36,749 bases of DNA from a virus (Duplodnaviria; Caudoviricetes), in IMG/VR virus record IMGVR_UViG_3300049070_000060, positions 1 to 36,749 of that record; one strand, 5' to 3'. Of this stretch, positions 25,263-34,183 are shown piece by piece. The notes under the pieces were generated by a model that had not been told where the DNA came from, made no database searches, and was given only the letters and a program-made list of their open reading frames with translations. Numbering within the stretch: the stretch's first letter is position 1; every line of letters starts with the position of its first letter. Made by a program: the position numbers and the translations under genes.

Positions 25263-26032
25263 GGTTCTATTATATAAATCTCATCGACGCCAACGGGGTC
25301 ATTTTCACCGCCTCGACGTATGACGTTAGCTACCCGGCTGACCTGCTGGCGAATGAACAGCGGTCCTACGGTTGGAAAACTGGAAACACCCAAGCGGCTG
25401 AAAACGTGGTCTTTGACCTCGGCAGCGCGCAGGCTGCGACCTCGATTATTCTGCTCGATCACGATTTGCTGAACGCCGACACAAACATCAAGATTGAGGC
25501 GAACACAACGAACTCATGGGGCGCGCCAGCATTCACTCAGGCTTTGACCTGGGTTGCTGGCACTATCGCCCAAGTGTTTGACTCGCAGTCGTATCGTTTC
25601 TGGCGCCTGTCATTCACCAAAGCATCGGCGGGTGTTCAACGCACAATCGGCCGGATGTTTCTCGGGACGTATTACACGACGACCGAGGGGCCGGCTGACA
25701 TCGAAATCGACCATCAGGACTTGACGCAAAAGCAGCGGACGGAAGGCGGCCAAACGTGGGCCGACGCGCAGGCGGACTTTCGGTCATTCGGCTTGAACTT
25801 CAACGGCTTGGGCACGACGGAAAAGGAAGCCCTTGAGGCATTCGCGGCATCAGTCCAGACGCACAAATCGTTTTTCTTTCAGGTGGACGAGAACGCTGCC
25901 GTTGATCCCGGCAAGCTCGGCGAAAGGATTTACGCCAAACTGATTTCAAAGCCCAAGTTCAAAGACAACGGGTTCGGTTCTGACGGCGCGCTCGCGTGGG
26001 ACACCAAGCTTGAGATGGAGGAACAACTTTGA
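25259..26032 (+). CDS. Distal tail protein-like with discoidin-like N-terminal domain
   Basis: Follows tape measure; VVFDLGSAQ and YRFWRL motifs; C-terminal LEMEEQL. Confidence 0.6.
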   Translation: MRFYYINLIDANGVIFTASTYDVSYPADLLANEQRSYGWKTGNTQAAENVVFDLGSAQAATSIILLDHDLLNADTNIKIEANTTNSWGAPAFTQALTWVAGTIAQVFDSQSYRFWRLSFTKASAGVQRTIGRMFLGTYYTTTEGPADIEIDHQDLTQKQRTEGGQTWADAQADFRSFGLNFNGLGTTEKEALEAFAASVQTHKSFFFQVDENAAVDPGKLGERIYAKLISKPKFKDNGFGSDGALAWDTKLEMEEQL

Positions 26033-26319
26033 CGAATTTTCCCACATCAGTTGACGCACCGACAAACCCGACGGAATTCCAGCGGACGAACGAGACGGGT
26101 ATCAAGCTTCACGAGCTGATTACAAACCTCAATGACGCGGTCGTCGCCATTGAGAATTACCTGCTGAATGGCGCTGTCGGCACTGGCACTGCGCGATTAA
26201 AGGACGGGTTCCTGTGGCTGAAGGACACAAGCGGCGGCGGGACACCCTGGCACAAAATCTACCTCGAACTGGATGGCTCTGATTGGGTTCCGGTAATCGA
26301 CCAAGTGGGACAAGCATGA
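26029..26319 (+). CDS. Short fibre-adaptor-like protein
   Basis: FPTSVD...LNDAVVAIENYL coiled-coil motif of the kind seen at fibre N-termini; no signal peptide. Confidence 0.5.
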   Translation: MTNFPTSVDAPTNPTEFQRTNETGIKLHELITNLNDAVVAIENYLLNGAVGTGTARLKDGFLWLKDTSGGGTPWHKIYLELDGSDWVPVIDQVGQA

Positions 26320-27650
26320 AAAAACTGATTCTCTGGATTCTTTTGCTGCCGATCATTGCTAACGCGCAGCGCACGCTTTTGGTCAATACCAACGACGGCA
26401 CATTCTCAAACACGAACACGCTGTCATCGAACATCCTGGCCGGCGCGGGGATCAGCATTGTGAAGGGGGCAAAGGGTCAGTTGACGCTTTCCACTCCGGG
26501 CGGTTCGACGATCATTATACAAACGAACAGCACAGCGATTTCCACTCAGGCGGTCGTCAACTTCATTCAGGGCAGTAATATAGCCATCAAGGGCACGAAC
26601 AACGCGGGTGCGGCGAAATTCGACATCGAAATCAATTCCACGGGCGCCGGGGACTCCGACGCAATTCACGATAACGTTGCGGGCGAAATCTCGGCTGTAA
26701 CGTCAAAGGCTACGCCCATTGCCGCAGACTTCGCAATCATCGAGGACTCGGCGGCTGGTAACGCTAAAAAGTCAATCACCCTTGGAAGCCTCGAATCACT
26801 TCTTGAAGGCGTCATGGACCTGCAGGAAATGCAAGGCGCTGTCACTGACGCCCAGGTGCCGAACACTATCACAATCGACCTTGCGACCGTTGCCACCACG
26901 GCGAACGCGGGCGACAGCGCAACCGCCTTCTTTTCCTCCGGTGAGATCGAGGACGCGCGCCTGCCGGCGGCCATTACCAGGGACACTGAATGGGACACCG
27001 AGGCAGAAGTTCAGACGGCTTGGGGATCTGTAAACATTCTACTCGAAACCGAGATTGACGCTTCATCCGAACTGCGCGCGCTCATGGATGACGAGGTCGG
27101 GGCTGGAAACCTGATGTTCACCCGCGTCGGCGTGGTCCGCGAAGTCTGGATAGGCGCGGGGGCAATCACGCCGGCGACAACGAACGGCGCGGCACTGGGG
27201 ACGAACACCGTCGGCGCCGACGACCTGACACTCGACGTTCTGGATTTCGACGACACGACCACTGAATACGGATGGTTTCAATGGTCGCCGCCTGATTCGT
27301 GGGACCATGGCACGGTAAAGGCGAAATTCATTTGGACCACTGTCAGCGGAACCGGCGGCGTTGTTTGGGGCATTGCCGGCGGCGCGGTCGCAGACGATGG
27401 AACCTTGAACGGTTCGATTTTGGGAACCGCGGTTACGGTCGCGGACACTCGGCTTGCGGATCATGACTTGCACCTGACGAGCGCGACGGCCGCCGTCACC
27501 GTCGGTGGAACCCCGACACTCGCCAAGCCTGTTTTCTGGCGAGTCCATCGATTGCCGTCAGATGGGTCAGACACGAAGACGGGGGATGCGCGCCTGATGG
27601 GGATAAAGATTCAATACACCGAAACCACGACCGAACCATCTGCCTGGTAA
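26316..27650 (+). CDS. Fibre-like protein with signal peptide
   Basis: MKKLILWILLLPIIANA leader (ATG 26316 overlaps the upstream stop); ILAGAGISI and VNFIQGSNI fibre-type repeats; beta-sandwich-like C-terminus. Confidence 0.72.
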   Translation: MKKLILWILLLPIIANAQRTLLVNTNDGTFSNTNTLSSNILAGAGISIVKGAKGQLTLSTPGGSTIIIQTNSTAISTQAVVNFIQGSNIAIKGTNNAGAAKFDIEINSTGAGDSDAIHDNVAGEISAVTSKATPIAADFAIIEDSAAGNAKKSITLGSLESLLEGVMDLQEMQGAVTDAQVPNTITIDLATVATTANAGDSATAFFSSGEIEDARLPAAITRDTEWDTEAEVQTAWGSVNILLETEIDASSELRALMDDEVGAGNLMFTRVGVVREVWIGAGAITPATTNGAALGTNTVGADDLTLDVLDFDDTTTEYGWFQWSPPDSWDHGTVKAKFIWTTVSGTGGVVWGIAGGAVADDGTLNGSILGTAVTVADTRLADHDLHLTSATAAVTVGGTPTLAKPVFWRVHRLPSDGSDTKTGDARLMGIKIQYTETTTEPSAW

Positions 27651-27653
27651 ACT

Positions 27654-28169
27654 ATGAAAGCGATTCTCACACTGATTCTTTTGGCAACATTCGCGCATGC
27701 CTCAAACGTGTTTATCTTCGAACCGGCATCATCACCGGTTCTTGGCCGAGGGGTCGTCTACCTGACATCGGTCCATACCGCCGATTTCCAAGGACTGCCG
27801 AACGCTCTTATCAATCCGGTTATGCCGGCGGCGTGGTCCAATGGCCTCTCGGTCCAATGGCTTCGAACGAATGGCGGCGGGACTGTCGTCGCAATGAACA
27901 CATCGGAGAGCAACTCGATTGTTACCGCGCAGCTCGCCGCACTGGCGGCGCAAAAGGCTTTCGAAGAAGGCATGGCGAAGACAAACGCAATAAATGGTCT
28001 CGCGCTTATGAGCCTTGAAGCTCGCCTGATTCGCGCCGTGGCCGTCGTCACGATGAACGAGATAAACATCCTTCGCACAAACCCGACTGCGACCTTGAGC
28101 GCGCGGACGCTCACGCAGATGACCAACGCGATTCGAAACGAATTACAAGCGCAGCCCGACACGCAATGA
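27654..28169 (+). CDS. Signal-peptide protein in the tail module
   Basis: MKAILTLILLATFAHA leader; helical C-terminus. Confidence 0.7.
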   Translation: MKAILTLILLATFAHASNVFIFEPASSPVLGRGVVYLTSVHTADFQGLPNALINPVMPAAWSNGLSVQWLRTNGGGTVVAMNTSESNSIVTAQLAALAAQKAFEEGMAKTNAINGLALMSLEARLIRAVAVVTMNEINILRTNPTATLSARTLTQMTNAIRNELQAQPDTQ

Positions 28170-28900
28170 GGCTACTGGTCTTCATTCTGTTTTTCGCAAT
28201 CGCTGCCGAGGCATTGGCGCAGCCATTTCTTCCGCATCGGCGCGCGGCCTTCCGGCGATCTGCCACGGGTGGGGGAGATTGCACCGTGCCGGGATCACCT
28301 TTGCTGCACGAGACATATGAGGGAGCCGGATATTCAAATGGCGGGTGGACAGAGACTGGAACCGGGACGATTGACGAGGATTACACAACTTCTCCCGCCC
28401 CATTGGTCGGCAGCCAGTCCGTATACTTTGCGCCCACGTCTGGTGATTTCGTGTATAATTCTCACACGTTCACGTCTGGCGGGGATCGGTATGGACGAGC
28501 CAAAATCAATGTGGTTAACCTACCGTCTGGAACACATACAATATTTCAATTCGTCGGAACAGCGACTTTCGTTCAGGAGTTTAGGGTTTACCTGAAGTCA
28601 TCGGGGAAGATTTCGGTCTCGAATGGCTCGGTCGAGAGTTCAGATACCACCGACGCAATTACTTCTGGAACGTATACTATTTGGTGGAGATTCTCAAAGG
28701 GATCGGGCGCAAATGGCGTTGGCCAAGTGGGATTCGCCAGCGATTGCACGCGACCAACATCCGGCACGAATTTCGCTTCTGTATCAAACGGGACATCAAC
28801 CGCCGATGTGAACAACCTAGATCATGGTTGCTTTGGGTTTTCGGGAACGCCGCAGATCATAATGGACGAAGTGATTATTGACGACGTAGCAATCGACTAA
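28166..28900 (+). CDS. Signal-peptide protein with a lectin/jelly-roll-like domain
   Basis: MRLLVFILFFAIAAEALA leader; beta-rich Thr/Ser/Gly domain ending IIMDEVIIDD; three Cys. Confidence 0.7.
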   Translation: MRLLVFILFFAIAAEALAQPFLPHRRAAFRRSATGGGDCTVPGSPLLHETYEGAGYSNGGWTETGTGTIDEDYTTSPAPLVGSQSVYFAPTSGDFVYNSHTFTSGGDRYGRAKINVVNLPSGTHTIFQFVGTATFVQEFRVYLKSSGKISVSNGSVESSDTTDAITSGTYTIWWRFSKGSGANGVGQVGFASDCTRPTSGTNFASVSNGTSTADVNNLDHGCFGFSGTPQIIMDEVIIDDVAID

Positions 28901-31662
28901 TGGTAAACGGCCACACATACGGCGCGAACGTCGGCTATCAATCCGAGGGCGATACTTTCTCCGGCACAGGTATTTTTCAGGCTCGCCGGCGAATCTCCGA
29001 CGAGATGTCGAAACGCTTGCGCCTGCTGCCAAACGCGCACATCCCAACCTTGATAACCGTTACGGCTGGCATGTGGCTAAAGGGCGCGGTTGTGCATTCC
29101 GGCCGCGTCCATAAGTTCGAAGACCTCCCGCGATACGCCTCCGTGCAAGGCGTATACATGAACGGCGGCGAAACCAGTCTGACCGTAAAAACCCTGCTCG
29201 CAGACTGTGTTTCGACCGCCGGAACTTTCCATTATGATTCGGCCTCCCGCATCCTCTACGTTCACCCACCGACGCCGACGAGCCGGACAATTTTCGATGA
29301 CACTTATCAAGCAAGGCTCACATTCCGTTTTTCGAAGGCGTCTAAAAACATCCGGGGCGTTCATTGGTCTGGTAAATTGGTTGCGGCGCCGAACCTGAGT
29401 TTGCGAATCGACCCGAAGTTCACGGGCGTCGGCCAGATCGGTGGCGGCACTCTCTCGCTTGCGAACGAAGACCACTTCTTTGACGACCTCGACGAAATGC
29501 AATGGGACGCCGGGACTGTCACCATGGAAATCGGGATAGATTACGCGGACGGCAGCGCGCCAATGGATGAGGCCGACTACCAAACGGTTGGCACCTGGCG
29601 CATTGAGTCAACCGACCGACAGGGCGAGAATTTTATCCTTGGGTTGCGCGAGCCAAAGACGACGCTGGAAAACAAAATCCCAAGGCGACAGTTCAGCAAA
29701 GTCGACTATCCGAATATTTCCGACGACATGGTCGGCAAGCCAATCCCGTGGGCGTGGGGCCGTCACTATGGCAAAAGCCCGATCCCGCTAGACAAGTCGG
29801 CCAGGCGCTTCAAGCTCGCGGACCATCCCATTCATTCAATCGAAGGCATTCGAAAACGGTCATCGGCTGGCTCTGGTGGTTGGCAGATCGTCAATTTCCA
29901 GACCGTCAATCTGACGCTCGCCGAGTTCACCCTGGCCGCTGGCGATTGGACCGACGAAGACCTTTCGGTGGATTTCCTCGGCCGCACTAACGCCGACGGT
30001 TCATTGATGGAAAATCCCGCCGACATTATGGCCGACCTTCTGGACTATTGCGGCGAGCGCCTTCTGGACTCCGAATCGTTCAATATCTCGCGCGCGTGGT
30101 ATATCACTGGTGTAAACCGATTTAGTGAAGAGGTCGTATGGATGGCGCCTTGCATCTACCTGGACTCAGAACGAACAGGCCTCGACGTCGCCAGTGAAAT
30201 AAACAGCATTGCGGGTTCTTTCCTGTTTGTCGGCCACGACGGCCGCTGGCGCTTCGGAGCATTCCGCCCGGTTCGTGAATCGGACCTTGACCCGATGGCC
30301 GGGACGATCATTCAGCAATTCACCGAGCGGGACATTATCCGCGACTCGATTTCGAAAAAGACAGACAGCGCCAAGCTTCATTCGAAGATCGTGGTCGAAC
30401 ACTCGCGCCGATCGGCTGAGGATTGGGCGCAGCGCGAGACCGCAGAAATACCGCGCAACGGATTCATTCACAATTTGCCACCCCAATTCGTCGAGACAAA
30501 AAGGGTTGGCCTCGGGAACGCAACGCATGCTAGATACTGGGGGCAGCGTTTCTTAACAACCGAAGCAGAACCTATGACGAAATATACATTCGCAATTCTC
30601 TGGACCGGCTTCTTTTTACTCCCTGGCGACAAGGTGAAGGTCGAGCATTCGCGCTTCCACCTGAACAGCGTGCTCGAAGTTCTCGAATGCAATTACAATT
30701 TTGGCAGCCCGCCGACGGTTCGAATCGTCGCGGGCGATAACCGAGGTTGGAAGGACACATTCGCGTTTCCCGTCAAAGATGGCGACACCGAGGTCAGGCC
30801 CACTATGGTGGACATGCTTCTTTGGCTCAGGCCTGAGAACCACATCTATTCTGCCGAGGGTGAATTCATGTTCGCTTGGCGGGATGCCAGCGGGCAGGAG
30901 CATCACACCACAGGTTCAAATGCCGATGGAACTTTGCGGATACCGACTTTTAAAAAGGCCGGTGCCAATGGTTACGACGTCGCCGCCTTCGTTGCCATTG
31001 AAGACGCGCAGAACAAAAACCGATGGTTTGCCATTCCTGATGGCGTGGGAACTCAGTTGATGGCGCCCGCCCAGGCGGACAGGCAGGGAGAACTATTCAT
31101 CATTTTCAGGCCGGACAGCATCGCGCCGACCGTCAATCAAAACTCGTTGTTTACGTTCGGCGGTGGAAATACCGCCGTGCCTCATTCCGCAGGGGACATT
31201 CGGGAATCATTTGGACTGGTTACACCTGTGAGCGGCATCAGCGCCGCTGATCTTGTGTCGGGCCTGAATCTCTACAACGTCTCCCGACAAAGCGGAAACT
31301 TGACCGTCCGCGTGAACAATGTCACGGCCCACAACGCTGACCCCGCGCAGATCATTGTTTTCGGCAACGGTTCAATCGGTGGTTCGTTTGGAACTCTGAC
31401 CTGGTATCAGGGCATCATCGCCGAGGCGATCCTTTACAAGCGCGTCCTGACGACCTCGGAGCGCGCCGCCGTGGTTCAATACCTTTCGGACAAATACGGA
31501 TTGGGCCTCTTGGCCGTGGGGTCAACCGATTCATGGGATCCAAACTGGACAGACGCCGAGGTTGCGGAAGCTCGTCAGAACCGCGGCTATGTGGCCGACG
31601 GCGATAGTGAAATGGCGCACGCCGACGACGCAAGAAGCCACTGGGCGGGGCGCGTATGGTAA
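28900..31662 (+). CDS. Tail tip / baseplate hub protein with inserted LamG-like domain
   Basis: GKPIPWAWG, ENPADIMADLL, LLPGDKVKV hub motifs; LLWLRP...WRDASG...IAEAILYKRVLTTSERAAVVQYLSDKYGL LamG-like pattern. Confidence 0.75.
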   Translation: MVNGHTYGANVGYQSEGDTFSGTGIFQARRRISDEMSKRLRLLPNAHIPTLITVTAGMWLKGAVVHSGRVHKFEDLPRYASVQGVYMNGGETSLTVKTLLADCVSTAGTFHYDSASRILYVHPPTPTSRTIFDDTYQARLTFRFSKASKNIRGVHWSGKLVAAPNLSLRIDPKFTGVGQIGGGTLSLANEDHFFDDLDEMQWDAGTVTMEIGIDYADGSAPMDEADYQTVGTWRIESTDRQGENFILGLREPKTTLENKIPRRQFSKVDYPNISDDMVGKPIPWAWGRHYGKSPIPLDKSARRFKLADHPIHSIEGIRKRSSAGSGGWQIVNFQTVNLTLAEFTLAAGDWTDEDLSVDFLGRTNADGSLMENPADIMADLLDYCGERLLDSESFNISRAWYITGVNRFSEEVVWMAPCIYLDSERTGLDVASEINSIAGSFLFVGHDGRWRFGAFRPVRESDLDPMAGTIIQQFTERDIIRDSISKKTDSAKLHSKIVVEHSRRSAEDWAQRETAEIPRNGFIHNLPPQFVETKRVGLGNATHARYWGQRFLTTEAEPMTKYTFAILWTGFFLLPGDKVKVEHSRFHLNSVLEVLECNYNFGSPPTVRIVAGDNRGWKDTFAFPVKDGDTEVRPTMVDMLLWLRPENHIYSAEGEFMFAWRDASGQEHHTTGSNADGTLRIPTFKKAGANGYDVAAFVAIEDAQNKNRWFAIPDGVGTQLMAPAQADRQGELFIIFRPDSIAPTVNQNSLFTFGGGNTAVPHSAGDIRESFGLVTPVSGISAADLVSGLNLYNVSRQSGNLTVRVNNVTAHNADPAQIIVFGNGSIGGSFGTLTWYQGIIAEAILYKRVLTTSERAAVVQYLSDKYGLGLLAVGSTDSWDPNWTDAEVAEARQNRGYVADGDSEMAHADDARSHWAGRVW

Positions 31663-31665
31663 TTT

Positions 31666-32880
31666 ATGGCATGGACGAATATAACGAAGCTTAACATCGG
31701 TGAAGCAATCAAGAAGGCTTTCCTCGATGCGATCATCGATAATCTGACCCACCTTTTCGGCCTGGCCGGAGCGACCACGATTCAAGCTGGCGCCAATGGC
31801 TCTTTCGAGAACGACACCGACAATGACGGCTATCCCGACTCGTGGGTTTTCACGCCACTGACGAACGGCACCGGCGCCATTGATGCGACCGATTCATCGC
31901 ACGGGGAAAAGTCCTTCAAGTTTGTCCGCACATCCGGCGGCGGAAATGGCGGCGGGACGCTTGAGTCAGACGATTATTTTGAGGTCACCGCGAGCAAGCG
32001 AATCGTTGCCGCCTGGATGATGAAGTCCTCGGCCGCGGGCGTTCGAATCAAAGTCGAGGTGCGATTCTTTACGGGCGCCCGAACGTTCATTTCGGCTGTT
32101 TCGATTTACGACAATCAGACGACCAATCCGACCGCCTGGACGCCAAAGACCGGTGAGGCCGATGCACCTTCGAATGCTTATTACGCCAAGCTGAAGATTA
32201 CGGGCGGGGATACCGCGCCCGACGTCGCGGCGAACATCTGGTTTGACGAGGTTTCAATAACGCCCGCGGGCCGCGTCAATGGAAACATGGAAGTTTTCAC
32301 GGCCAGCGGAACATGGAACTGCAAGGTTTCACGCGCGCTGATTCGCGTGTGGGGATCAGGTGGCGGTGGTGGTGGTGGTGATACTTCCGTGGGGCAGGCT
32401 GGCGGTGGTGGTGGTGGTGGTGGATCATACGCCGAAGCGTGGGTTGAATGCGTACCAGGGACCGCTTACAGCGTAACGATTGGCACGGGCGGTTCAGCCG
32501 GTGCTGCCGGTGGAGGGAACGGGGGCGCAGGCGCAACGTCGTCGGTTGGATCACTTATAAGTGCTGCCGGAGGCAATGGTGGCAACGGTGCAAGCGGTGC
32601 AACGAATGGGGCCGGTGCAAACGGGGGCGCTGCGGGTTCGGCAACATTCGCGCTTGCGGGCGGTCGTGGTGGTAACGGCTCGGGCTCAAGCTCGGCAGGC
32701 AACGTCGGGCAAGGTGGCAGTGGTGCTCACGCCCCTTGCGGCGGCCAAGGCGGACCCGCGAGCGAAAACAGTTCTTCCGGCCATAACGGAGCGGCGCCAG
32801 GCGGTGGAGGCTCAGGCGGACACGGCAGCGGCGGGGCTGGCGGTGCGGGAGCCGCCGGACGTGTCGTAATCTCATGGTAA
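31666..32880 (+). CDS. Tail fibre with CBM-like domain and glycine-rich C-terminal domain
   Basis: NGSFE...IWFDEVSI carbohydrate-binding-like module; FTASGTW...GSGGGGGGG...GAAGRVVISW. Confidence 0.78.
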   Translation: MAWTNITKLNIGEAIKKAFLDAIIDNLTHLFGLAGATTIQAGANGSFENDTDNDGYPDSWVFTPLTNGTGAIDATDSSHGEKSFKFVRTSGGGNGGGTLESDDYFEVTASKRIVAAWMMKSSAAGVRIKVEVRFFTGARTFISAVSIYDNQTTNPTAWTPKTGEADAPSNAYYAKLKITGGDTAPDVAANIWFDEVSITPAGRVNGNMEVFTASGTWNCKVSRALIRVWGSGGGGGGGDTSVGQAGGGGGGGGSYAEAWVECVPGTAYSVTIGTGGSAGAAGGGNGGAGATSSVGSLISAAGGNGGNGASGATNGAGANGGAAGSATFALAGGRGGNGSGSSSAGNVGQGGSGAHAPCGGQGGPASENSSSGHNGAAPGGGGSGGHGSGGAGGAGAAGRVVISW

Positions 32881-33019
32881 AGACAAACTGGATTGCGCGG
32901 TCGGCTTACTCTTGTAGGCATACCAGAAGCCGCCGGAGTCCTGCGCACATAACCTGTTTCCTTCAGGCGTCGGGCGAGCACGCGCCGCAGAAGATTTTCG
33001 AGGGCTTGCCAAATCCGAA

Positions 33020-33319
33020 GTGGAAAGAAAGCTTACGGCCAGTCTGATTCTCGCGCTATCCGTTCTATCGATAAACGCTCAGATCGTCGAACGGTGCGAA
33101 GGTCAGATTTTACTCGCATGGACCAACGTCCCGCCGCGCGTCATCATTGAGGGTTCAACGAACCTGACCGAATCCGCGACGAACGCCACCAAATGGCGCG
33201 GAGTATTACGGGTTGAAAATCTCGAAGCGACAAGCTGGCAAACGTTTCAATTCACCGTTCAGCCGCAGCACGAGCAATACAAGTTTTGGCGATGGCGGTC
33301 GGTGCAACCGTGTAACTGA
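33020..33319 (+). CDS. Small secreted protein with STNL...W...FWR motif
   Basis: LILALSVLSINA leader; IIEGSTNL...KW...KFWRWR. Confidence 0.6.
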   Translation: MERKLTASLILALSVLSINAQIVERCEGQILLAWTNVPPRVIIEGSTNLTESATNATKWRGVLRVENLEATSWQTFQFTVQPQHEQYKFWRWRSVQPCN

Positions 33320-33329
33320 AGCCGACGTG

Positions 33330-33905
33330 TCAAAGATTATTGTTCCCGCCCTTTGGGATTTTTGAATAAGCGACAGTTAAATTCCTGACCCCAGCCCAAT
33401 ACAATTCTGAATACCGTAATTCGATTCTAGTCGGCGCCCGATTCCATGATCGGGTTCGATCACGTGAATCCACTTTGCCTGTTGCTGGCGAATTCTGCCG
33501 ATTGTCCGTCTTTGTGTCCGGTTGACCGTATTTATCCGTCAGTTGGCGCTCAAGTTCCGTAAATTCAAAATCCGAAACTTTGGCAGAGCGGTCTGGCTTT
33601 AGAATGATTTCGGCCAGCATTTTTGACTCAGGATCAAATACAAAACTGGCGTTCCACGGCTTATTCTCCATGCGGATTTTTTCCCGACGATCCTCGGAAA
33701 ACAGTTCGACCGTAACGTATATCGGCGCCGTGCCCGTCTTCCACTTTTCCGGTTTATCAAACTCTTTTATTTCCCCCTTGAACGCATCTCTGACTTCCTG
33801 TTCAGTCATTCCCAGCTTCGCCGCTTTCCATCCATCAACTCTTGATTCGGATGCATGGGCGAGTATCGGAATCGGAAGAAGCAAGGACAGTGCAATCGCT
33901 CTCAT
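33330..33905 (-). CDS. Secreted/periplasmic cargo protein next to attP
   Basis: MRAIALSLLLPIPILAHA leader (ATG 33905); AKLGMTEQEV and LTDKYGQP motifs. Confidence 0.7.
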   Translation of the reverse strand: MRAIALSLLLPIPILAHASESRVDGWKAAKLGMTEQEVRDAFKGEIKEFDKPEKWKTGTAPIYVTVELFSEDRREKIRMENKPWNASFVFDPESKMLAEIILKPDRSAKVSDFEFTELERQLTDKYGQPDTKTDNRQNSPATGKVDSRDRTRSWNRAPTRIELRYSELYWAGVRNLTVAYSKIPKGGNNNL

Positions 33906-34017
33906 AAGGCCGTTTTCCCGCTGAAAAGGTGGCCCCGTCAACACCCAAATTAACCAACCGATTGCCAACCTGAAAACCCGCTTTCGATTCAAGCCAAATT
34001 CCGCGCCTAACACGCTT

Positions 34018-34062
34018 ATGGCATTGTGGGGGTCAGGGGTTCGAATCCCCTCGGCTCCACCA
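34018..34062 (+). other. attP core: 3' half of tRNA-Ala(GGC) from the anticodon loop to CCA
   Basis: atggcat-tgtgg-gggtc-aggggttcgaatcccct-cggctcc-acca; T-arm and acceptor 3' strand intact, 5' half absent; 121 bp upstream of the integrase. Confidence 0.88.
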
Positions 34063-34130
34063 TCCTATAAACATTGGGTTTTATCAATGTTTGCGCGGGT
34101 TCGAGGCATGTTAGCCGACGATTCTACTTG

Positions 34131-34160
34131 CAGGATTCGTACAGGATTCGTACAGGATTC
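34131..34160. repeat. 11-bp tandem repeats, probable integrase arm or Xis sites
   Basis: caggattcgta x2 plus caggattc, between the attP core and int. Confidence 0.7.
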
Positions 34161-34183
34161 CACATAATAGATTCGCCAACAGA

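Noticed and set aside
32359-32424. GGT triplet runs as a functional DNA repeat
   Set aside because: Explained by poly-Gly coding in the glycine-rich fibre domain.
28166-32880. Diversity-generating retroelement or invertible tail-fibre cassette
   Set aside because: No reverse transcriptase, no template/variable repeat pair and no serine invertase were seen.
33990-34062. Complete tRNA-Ala gene
   Set aside because: The acceptor 5' strand, D-arm and 5' anticodon stem are missing; it is an att core.
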